Part shown: one piece after another, positions 16,721 through 23,564 of the stretch | Numbering within the stretch: the first letter of the stretch is position 1 | Layout: each line of letters begins with the position of its first letter | IMG/VR virus record: IMGVR_UViG_3300032320_001150 | Span: 1 to 31,254 of that record | Length of the DNA: 31,254 nt | Source: a virus | Lineage: Duplodnaviria > Caudoviricetes | Strand: one strand, 5' to 3' | Program-made: the position numbers and the translations under genes | Notes under the pieces: generated by a model | The model's input: only the letters and a program-made list of their open reading frames with translations | Databases searched by the model: none | Told to the model about the DNA's origin: nothing

Positions 16721-17679
16721 AAATCAAAGAATTACTAGTTGAGAATAAACAAGTTACTGCTAACCAGGTACTTGATTATATCAATAAAACACATCATGAA
16801 CCTATGACTCCAAAGTTGGTCGCGGCTGTTCAAGCATACCCACGATGGGAGTTGAAACAAATGCCATTGCTGAATCTCAACATACCTGACGAGGAATATG
16901 ATGATGTGGAACAAGAGCCTGAAAGTGATCCCTACGGTCGTATTATGGCAGTTGATGCTGGGCATGCTGGCGAAGTAAGTCAACATATTATCGATAAACG
17001 ACCTATTGTAATTGATGCTGACAAATATATTATAGACGGAAATCACCGAGCCTGGGCCGCCCAAAATTTGCTGAATCGTGATTATATTCAAGCCTGGGTA
17101 CCTGTAGCACAAATAAATGAACTTAATTATCCTGATGAACTCAGTGTAAGTGATGCCTTGCAACAACACTTTATTAAGCGTGGATATCAAATTGCTGGCG
17201 AAGGGCGCGATCAAATAGCATTTGAAAGTCCACGCGGCACTATAGTTAAAGTATTAGGCATTGGCGAGCGCGAACGCGAAGACATTGTTAAAATGTATGT
17301 AAAATTCTTTTTAAAACATCAAAACAATCCTTACTATCCAAAGATATATAACACTGGCGAGTTTACAGTTGACAACGAAACTTATTTTGTCTATGAAATG
17401 GAATATCTAAATTACGTAGCCGACAAGGAAGAGGTACTAGATTATATTGAAGATTTAATGTCGGCAGCGGCACGCGGCCCAGAAGCAGTTAACGCATATC
17501 AACAAAATCGACCATTGCCCAAGTCTTTGCCTGAAAATGAAATTAAAGGTTTACTTCAAGCCACCTATAAACTTGAAGCCTCAATTGGAGGTCAGGCACC
17601 TTTGGATTTAAGTATGATTGAAAATTTGCGTCGTCGAAACAATGGTCACCTTGTTATTATGGATCCTTATAGTTTATGA
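16717..17679 (+). CDS. ParB/Srx-like domain fused to a protein-kinase-like domain
   Basis: RPIVIDADKYIIDGNHRAWAA (ParB-N DGxHR); after QINE: GEGRDQIAF, IVKV, YPKIY, YEMEYL, DLSMIENL and VIMDP, resembling kinase subdomains. Confidence 0.65.
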   Translation: MKIKELLVENKQVTANQVLDYINKTHHEPMTPKLVAAVQAYPRWELKQMPLLNLNIPDEEYDDVEQEPESDPYGRIMAVDAGHAGEVSQHIIDKRPIVIDADKYIIDGNHRAWAAQNLLNRDYIQAWVPVAQINELNYPDELSVSDALQQHFIKRGYQIAGEGRDQIAFESPRGTIVKVLGIGEREREDIVKMYVKFFLKHQNNPYYPKIYNTGEFTVDNETYFVYEMEYLNYVADKEEVLDYIEDLMSAAARGPEAVNAYQQNRPLPKSLPENEIKGLLQATYKLEASIGGQAPLDLSMIENLRRRNNGHLVIMDPYSL

Positions 17680-18470
17680 GATTTTACGAAATAGCAAGAA
17701 TTCCTGTTGGCGACTATGGCGACGCTGAAACAATAACGCCACAAAAAGAACCTAAAGGATCTAAACTTTTACCAGGCGGCAGTAACTATAAGTATCATGT
17801 AAATCGTAAAAGTAGTAATCTTCTTGAAATTACTTTATATGACCAAGGTAAAATTATTGCTGAATTAGATTTAACTGAATTAGGAGCTCCTATTCCACTT
17901 TGGCAAGTTAGCAATGTTGCCGCTATTCCAGAATATCAAGGAAAAGGCCTAGGGATGACTTTGTACGGAATAGCTTTAAGTATCTTAAAATTAACTTTAG
18001 TAGCAGGCGAAACACAAACTATGCATGGAGCTCGACAATGGCTTAAACTTAGTCAAATACCTGGAGTAGAAGTTATGGGCATGAAAACTGCTCCTAAACA
18101 AAATTTTAAACCTGGCCCAGATAATATTGTATTATGGTCAAGTCCTGAATATTACACATACACTTTTCCTGTAACACAAGGATCTAAGTCAATGAAATCA
18201 GCGCAGCGTGGGGCAGGAATATATAATTCAAGTAGTGCTACCATGCTTGCTAAATGGACAGGCAAAACAGTAAACGAATCGGCTACTATCGAAAAGCGTG
18301 TTGATCCTCCTCGCGGTCGTACTGGAGAATATGTTGAATGGATAGTAAAAAACGATGAAAAAGTTGTTCAAATTTGTAAAACTCGAAAAGAAGCTCAACG
18401 CTGGGCAGATATCTATAATTTACCGCAATCTGAAGTTTGGAAAAAATATCCCGAATTACACCCAAAATAA
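17676..18470 (+). CDS. GNAT-like acetyltransferase-fold protein with small C-terminal module
   Basis: VSNVAAIPEYQGKGLGMTLY (acetyl-CoA-binding motif A, QGxGxG) and QTMHGARQW. Confidence 0.65.
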   Translation: MRFYEIARIPVGDYGDAETITPQKEPKGSKLLPGGSNYKYHVNRKSSNLLEITLYDQGKIIAELDLTELGAPIPLWQVSNVAAIPEYQGKGLGMTLYGIALSILKLTLVAGETQTMHGARQWLKLSQIPGVEVMGMKTAPKQNFKPGPDNIVLWSSPEYYTYTFPVTQGSKSMKSAQRGAGIYNSSSATMLAKWTGKTVNESATIEKRVDPPRGRTGEYVEWIVKNDEKVVQICKTRKEAQRWADIYNLPQSEVWKKYPELHPK

Positions 18471-18473
18471 AAA

Positions 18474-18484
18474 TCCGCTAAATA
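18474..18484 (+). promoter_or_regulatory. T4-like late promoter motif (TCCGCTAAATA)
   Basis: Intergenic, ends 5 nt before ATG 18490; identical to 12689-12699. Confidence 0.6.
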
Positions 18485-18489
18485 CTGTA

Positions 18490-18681
18490 ATGCGATTATA
18501 TGAAATAGTTGGGTTACAAGAGACTACTACTAGCGGAAGTATTGCCACAGTAGCCATGCCCTTGGGCCCTGTACAACGTAGAATACCACCAGATAGTCTA
18601 TTTTTAGGTAAATATACTACCGACTCAAATCCGACGCCAAATACGCCGGATTGGATGAAAAAATTTAAACGGAAGAAATAA
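18490..18681 (+). CDS. Small 63-aa protein, probable internal head peptide
   Basis: MRLYEIVGLQE|TTTSGSIATVAMPLG...; start reassigned from 18355 to 18490; TAATG overlap with dps. Confidence 0.65.
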   Translation: MRLYEIVGLQETTTSGSIATVAMPLGPVQRRIPPDSLFLGKYTTDSNPTPNTPDWMKKFKRKK

Positions 18682-19121
18682 TGTTAGCTGATTTATTAAA
18701 AACTTACTTAGCATCAACATTTGCTTATTATCTAAAAGCACATTATTTTCACTGGAATGTGGAAGGTCCAGATTTTGGCGAACTACATGCTTTTTTCTTG
18801 GAGATTTATCAAGATTCCTTTGAAGCTGTCGATACAATCGCTGAACAAATCCGTACAACAGAAGAATACGCACCTGGAAGTTTAACACGCTTCCATGAAT
18901 TAACACAAATACCAGACCAAACAAAGGTTCCCCGTGCCCGATTAATGTTAGAAGAATTACTTAAAGATACGCAAACAATGAAAGACTTGAGTAAACAAGT
19001 TTTTGATGTTTCGACCCAAGAAGGTCGTGATGATATCGCAAATTTTGCAGCAGACAGACTTGCCCAGCATGGCAAGTATATGTGGCAGATAAAAAGTTAT
19101 TTGAAAGACGTAAGAGCATAA
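18681..19121 (+). CDS. dps: Dps-family ferritin-like DNA-protection protein
   Basis: AHYFHWNVEGPDFGELHAFFLEIY...DTIAEQIR ferroxidase signature; HGKYMWQI at the C-terminus. Confidence 0.92.
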   Translation: MLADLLKTYLASTFAYYLKAHYFHWNVEGPDFGELHAFFLEIYQDSFEAVDTIAEQIRTTEEYAPGSLTRFHELTQIPDQTKVPRARLMLEELLKDTQTMKDLSKQVFDVSTQEGRDDIANFAADRLAQHGKYMWQIKSYLKDVRA

Positions 19122-20086
19122 TGGATCATGAGTTTTTAAGCATAGTAGAAAAGTTAGCTATCCTCGAAGGGCGCATTGCTCCAAAGGAAAGTAAACCACT
19201 TGCCGAAACTTCAACGAAGCAGAAAAAACCAGCACTCTTTAACAACCTTAAAAAAGATGAGTCCGCTATTCCTATGGTTGGCGGAGTCGAATTTGCCGAA
19301 GATAAAGTTGAAGAAGATGTGTTGGATAAGGTCAAAGCTTCGTTGGTTGACTATTTAAAATATGCTGAGAAAAATTTAAAACGCGACACTGATCTTATGG
19401 CTAAGAAAAAACAAGATCTAGATTTAAAGAAAAAAGAATTAACAGATTTAACATTACAAGCTAAAAATGTAAAAGAAGCTATTCCAATGACATTAGAAGA
19501 TCATCAAAAACTTGAAGTTGGTGATCGTATTATGGTTACAGGGCCTAATCATTATCAAGGCGAGTTTGGCACTATAGTTGATTTTGGTCGCGGCAGTGAT
19601 TTTATTATTGTAGATATTGACGGTGAAGTAGTTAGTATGCACGCTTCCGATGTTGAATATCACGACGATCAAGAAGATGTTGAGGATTGGGAAGATGATT
19701 ATGAGGATGAAGATTTGCCTAGCGATCGTGCTTACAATCGAGGCGAAAGCCCTTATGATAAATTAGATCCTCAAATAGAAGAAGATCCAAATCAAACTCC
19801 AGCTGGTGGCGAAGGTAAATCTACATTATCAAATCCTACATACGCAGAAAGCAAAACAGCTCCAGTTAAAACAATGAATTTAGAGTTAGATGAAGACGGC
19901 GGTAGTGTATTAGTTGAAATCCACGGCGACGAACGCGATGGATTTTGCATTAAAAGAGCTGGTAAAGAATTACCAACACGCTTTAAGAGTTTAGCAGAAT
20001 GTGAAATAGCATTGGAGATGTACATGGCCCGTGCTAAAGCTAAACATGCTGCCAAACAGTCCGCTGATTATATAGAAGAAAAATAA
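19121..20086 (+). CDS. Acidic modular protein with a KOW/SH3-like module
   Basis: Start reassigned to ATG 19121 (TAATG overlap with the dps stop); LEVGDRIMVTGPNHYQGEFGTIVDF KOW-like motif; ends DYIEEK. Confidence 0.7.
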   Translation: MDHEFLSIVEKLAILEGRIAPKESKPLAETSTKQKKPALFNNLKKDESAIPMVGGVEFAEDKVEEDVLDKVKASLVDYLKYAEKNLKRDTDLMAKKKQDLDLKKKELTDLTLQAKNVKEAIPMTLEDHQKLEVGDRIMVTGPNHYQGEFGTIVDFGRGSDFIIVDIDGEVVSMHASDVEYHDDQEDVEDWEDDYEDEDLPSDRAYNRGESPYDKLDPQIEEDPNQTPAGGEGKSTLSNPTYAESKTAPVKTMNLELDEDGGSVLVEIHGDERDGFCIKRAGKELPTRFKSLAECEIALEMYMARAKAKHAAKQSADYIEEK

Positions 20087-20087
20087 T

Positions 20088-22361
20088 ATGAATTTATTTG
20101 ATTTGTTTGAAGGAGCTATCGACGACCTTGAAGCTCGTCGTATTGAAGATTTAGAAGCAAAAATGGACGATTTAACAGCTCGGGCTAAAGCAACTAATGA
20201 TCCAAAAGTTAAAGAAGCATTGCGTCATGAATTTGCTAAACATAAAGCTGAGCGCGATAGTTATTACAAATTAAATGTAGAAGAAGAAGTTGACACAAAT
20301 TATACCTACACAGTTTTTATCGATGGCACTAAAGAAGGTACTTATGATAGTAAAGAAGAAGCTAAAGCTGTAGTTAAGCGTAAAAAAGAACAGGCCCCTG
20401 GCAGAGAATATACTATTCGACCAAAGAGTCGTACTAGTATGTCTAGTATTAAAAAATTTCAACGCGATAGAAATCGTTATGTCGACGAACACGGAGGCAG
20501 GGGAGTTACTCCCCGGCAGTGGCACTCTTATGTAAAAGCACATCGTACCAAAGAAGATAAACAAGATGATTTAATTAAAGGAGAAGGATTTGTATCTGAT
20601 ATTCCACTTAATAAACCTCCAATCGATCCAGCTGCCAAATGGAAAATTGCTGTAAGACAACTAATTGCAGATTATATTAAAAATCCACGAGGTTTATATA
20701 ATATAGCTAAACTGCGTGGCCCAAATAGCCCCGAAGCATTTGCGTATAATCAAATTATGCGTCCTACTGGTAAAATTGAACTACCATCAAAAAAGGCTAC
20801 TGTAGAAGCTAGTGAAGATTTAGCAGAAGTTGATAGAAACACCGAAGCTACCATACGAACATTAATGGCTCCTGGTTATAGCGAAGGCGATACTCCTGGT
20901 AAATTAAGTGGCGGAGCATTATTCTATATGATAAGCAAAAAAGCTCCTACAATGGATAAACTATTAACCCGTTTCAATCATGATTTAAATGCTCTTTTAC
21001 GATCTTCATCGCCACAAGAATTAAAACAAGCGGCTGATGAATTATCTGCAATGTTAATAGCAGAAGGTTTAGTTGCTAGAGGACCAAGCACACCAGTAGA
21101 CGACAAAGCAGTTCGTAAATTAGTATGGGATACATTAAAAATTAATGCTGATACTGGCGAACAAGCAGTACAGCGAGCTCTTGCTTATTTGGCAAAAAAA
21201 CCACAAAGTCGTATGGTTCAGGATTTACAAAACAAGCTACAAAGTTTAGATGACCTTTTAGGACAAGGTATGTCTGAAGCATCTATGAACTGGGCCGCAC
21301 ATAAGTCAACAGGTCCAAAATTTAGTGGTTATTTAAAAGGCACCGATCCTGCTCCTACTGAATTTGATAACAAAAGTGTTGGTGGGATGGAAGAAGGTGT
21401 AGACGGCAATATGACTGTTCGTTCTAATCCATTATCACAGCCTTTAAGAAAACGCAATTATGTTGCTAAGAATGCTCAAAGTTCTGGGGCTGGTAAACAC
21501 AATAATAACTTAAAAGCGGCAGCCGCTCGCGGCCAAGTTAAACATAAAGGTAAAGCATTTGAATTAGATGAAATGACCGACGACGAAGTTGCTAAGATAC
21601 GCAAGGACGCAGAAGCACTTACTACTAAACAAATGACCGCTCCTAAAAAAGTTGAGCCAAAGAAATCATTTATGCAAAAGGTTGGTGACAAGCAAATTGG
21701 TATGGTAAAAGGTGCTTGGAAAGGGTTAACTGGGCAACTTGAAGAATCCGATAACTTTTTGTCATGGGCAGTTCGCAATGGATACAACTTTGCCAAAGAT
21801 CCAGCTATCTATGAATCGGCTAGGACAAAATATAAAGCTCTAGTTGAATCTAAAAAAAAGACATTAAAAAATACTAATCCTTGTTGGACAGGGTATAAAC
21901 CAGTTGGCACAAAAGAAAAGAATGGTAAGACTGTTCCTAACTGTGTTCCTGCAAATGAAGATTCTGGTCCTATTGCGCCACATGAAACATATTACGGTGC
22001 TATGGATGAAGCTAAAGGGTTAGGTAAAAGAGTTAGAGTAGTTAGTGGACCAGCAGCCGGACAAACCGGCACTATTGGCGAAATCCGCAACGGCGCATTT
22101 AAAGATGCTCCAAAATATTATACAGTAGATTTAGATAATGGCAGTCATGTACAGGTCCGCAAAGAAGCATTAAGATTAATAAAAAATGAGTTGGACGAAA
22201 GCCTTAGACCCGGTGAATATTATGTTTGGACTGTTTATTTTGATGACGGATCACACAAGCGTATTAAAGTTAACTCCGACGAATTTGATCCTTATGCATA
22301 CTATGCTAAGAAAAATCAAGTAGTAGTTAATGTAGATTATGATTGGTCAATACAACAATAA
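20088..22361 (+). CDS. Large multi-module polyprotein-like protein, probable internal head protein
   Basis: MNLFDLFE leader; many short modules delimited by [LIVM]xE; includes a CWTGY...NCVP module and a KOW motif (KRVRVVSGPAAGQTGTIGEI). Confidence 0.7.
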   Translation: MNLFDLFEGAIDDLEARRIEDLEAKMDDLTARAKATNDPKVKEALRHEFAKHKAERDSYYKLNVEEEVDTNYTYTVFIDGTKEGTYDSKEEAKAVVKRKKEQAPGREYTIRPKSRTSMSSIKKFQRDRNRYVDEHGGRGVTPRQWHSYVKAHRTKEDKQDDLIKGEGFVSDIPLNKPPIDPAAKWKIAVRQLIADYIKNPRGLYNIAKLRGPNSPEAFAYNQIMRPTGKIELPSKKATVEASEDLAEVDRNTEATIRTLMAPGYSEGDTPGKLSGGALFYMISKKAPTMDKLLTRFNHDLNALLRSSSPQELKQAADELSAMLIAEGLVARGPSTPVDDKAVRKLVWDTLKINADTGEQAVQRALAYLAKKPQSRMVQDLQNKLQSLDDLLGQGMSEASMNWAAHKSTGPKFSGYLKGTDPAPTEFDNKSVGGMEEGVDGNMTVRSNPLSQPLRKRNYVAKNAQSSGAGKHNNNLKAAAARGQVKHKGKAFELDEMTDDEVAKIRKDAEALTTKQMTAPKKVEPKKSFMQKVGDKQIGMVKGAWKGLTGQLEESDNFLSWAVRNGYNFAKDPAIYESARTKYKALVESKKKTLKNTNPCWTGYKPVGTKEKNGKTVPNCVPANEDSGPIAPHETYYGAMDEAKGLGKRVRVVSGPAAGQTGTIGEIRNGAFKDAPKYYTVDLDNGSHVQVRKEALRLIKNELDESLRPGEYYVWTVYFDDGSHKRIKVNSDEFDPYAYYAKKNQVVVNVDYDWSIQQ

Positions 22362-22432
22362 TGAATTATCCAGTTTATCCACAACAACAAGGTGAGGAGG
22401 ATTATAAAATTAATCCTTATGCTCCAGTATGA
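22361..22432 (+). CDS. 23-aa micropeptide (not in ORF track)
   Basis: MNYPVYPQQQGEEDYKINPYAPV*; ATG overlaps the upstream stop (TAATG) and TGA overlaps the downstream ATG (ATGA), filling the gap exactly. Confidence 0.65.
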   Translation: MNYPVYPQQQGEEDYKINPYAPV

Positions 22433-23073
22433 AATTTCTTATTCTTAATGGTTCGTTAACTCCGCCCCAGGAATCAAATACTCAAAAAGTTATTGATCAA
22501 GTTGTTGCTGAGTTTAATAAAAATAAAGTTGAAGTACAAGAAATTATTCTTAGGAACTTAAATTTTGAACCTGGAGTCGATAGGGTTCGCCGTGATGGCA
22601 CAGCGGATGACATGACTTGGGTATTAAAAGAAATATTAAAATATGACGGCATTATATTTGCTACACCAATTTGGTGGGGTACTTACAGTAGTTATATCCA
22701 GGCACTAATGGAACGAATGGGATACATCGACGACTGGGGTATAAAAAATAATTTTAATCCGCATTACGGAAAAACATTTGGTATTATTGTTTCAGGTTCA
22801 GACGACGGATGGCAACAAACTGCTGCGAAATCGTTTGGATTTGCAAGTTATTTAGGATTTACTGTTCCGCCAGATGCGTTTGTTAGTGCTGTAGACGAAG
22901 GTAAAGAAATTAAAAGTAGAAAAGACCCAGAAGAAGTAATAAAAATATTTGTCCGTAATCAAATATTTTGGGCACGAGCAATGATAAAAACAAAAGTTGG
23001 GTTAGTAAGTCAATCTGTGGGCGATGACCGCCGCACTGGATATACTTCGGCGCCTAGCTTTAGGAAAGAATAG
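22429..23073 (+). CDS. Flavodoxin-like NAD(P)H-dependent FMN reductase family protein
   Basis: LILNGSL...SNT, DDMTW, DGIIFATPIWWG, ALMER and YGKTFGIIVSG motifs. Confidence 0.85.
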   Translation: MKFLILNGSLTPPQESNTQKVIDQVVAEFNKNKVEVQEIILRNLNFEPGVDRVRRDGTADDMTWVLKEILKYDGIIFATPIWWGTYSSYIQALMERMGYIDDWGIKNNFNPHYGKTFGIIVSGSDDGWQQTAAKSFGFASYLGFTVPPDAFVSAVDEGKEIKSRKDPEEVIKIFVRNQIFWARAMIKTKVGLVSQSVGDDRRTGYTSAPSFRKE

Positions 23074-23156
23074 CCTTAGGACCGGTACTAGTTACCGTAG
23101 GCTGGGAGGCTCCTGCCCTAAGTAATCCGAATCGCTACCGGAACCTTAAAAGTGGC
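23073..23156 (+). ncRNA. Candidate structured RNA (multi-stem, possible pseudoknot), family unassigned
   Basis: GC-rich intergenic island with stems GCCT/AGGC, CGGTA/TACCG, GGG/CCC, TAAG/CTTA and TCCG/CGGA; loop GCTAC is complementary to downstream GTGGC. Confidence 0.5.
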
Positions 23157-23173
23157 ACTTTACCAAAATAGCA

Positions 23174-23202
23174 TTGACTTATTCCAAACCATCCTGTATA
23201 CT
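23174..23202 (+). promoter_or_regulatory. Strong sigma70-type promoter opening the replication block
   Basis: TTGACT (23174-23179), 17-nt spacer, TATACT (23197-23202); AGGAG SD before ATG 23228. Confidence 0.75.
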
Positions 23203-23227
23203 TGTAACATTATAACAGGAGAATTAA

Positions 23228-23488
23228 ATGTCAGATCGTGTATTCACAGCAGACCAAACTAAAAAACTTGAACAGATTATTAACGAAGGTATGCAAGTTA
23301 CAATGGAAATTGAAACGCTTACCGGCGGGCTTAACGATACTATTAAAGCTGTAGCCGAAGAGTTAGAAATTAAACCTGGCATTCTTAAAAAAGCAATTAA
23401 ATTAGCACACAAGTCTGAATTTGGTCGCGAGCAACAAGATCACGAATTGCTTGAGCAAATTTTGACTCAAGTAGGTCGAACACTATAA
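23228..23488 (+). CDS. Small helical protein, possibly dsDNA-binding (T4 DsbA / GapR-like)
   Basis: 86 aa coiled-coil-like with LNDTIKAVAEELEIKPGILKKAIKLAHK pattern; family call is tentative. Confidence 0.5.
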   Translation: MSDRVFTADQTKKLEQIINEGMQVTMEIETLTGGLNDTIKAVAEELEIKPGILKKAIKLAHKSEFGREQQDHELLEQILTQVGRTL

Positions 23489-23564
23489 ATATCATAGTTA
23501 GTAGTAAGAGTCGTTCACTTAACGAACATGAAACAAGGCTTACCGGCCATAAACGGAGATTGAT
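23484..23564 (+). promoter_or_regulatory. DNA polymerase leader: TATAAATA, hairpin and SD-overlapping pseudoknot candidate
   Basis: TATAAATA at 23484-23491 (overlaps a stop codon); hairpin TCGTT/AACGA at 23511-23525; GGC(23537)/GCC(23546) and CCG(23543)/CGG(23554) overlapping SD GGAG at 23555-23558. Confidence 0.45.

Noticed and set aside
23073-23156. Assignment of the structured RNA to tRNA, hammerhead, HDV-like, pistol, glmS, a preQ1 riboswitch or a simple terminator
   Set aside because: No cloverleaf or T-loop, and I could not match the full conserved cores of those classes; no hairpin followed directly by a long U-tract. Left unassigned.
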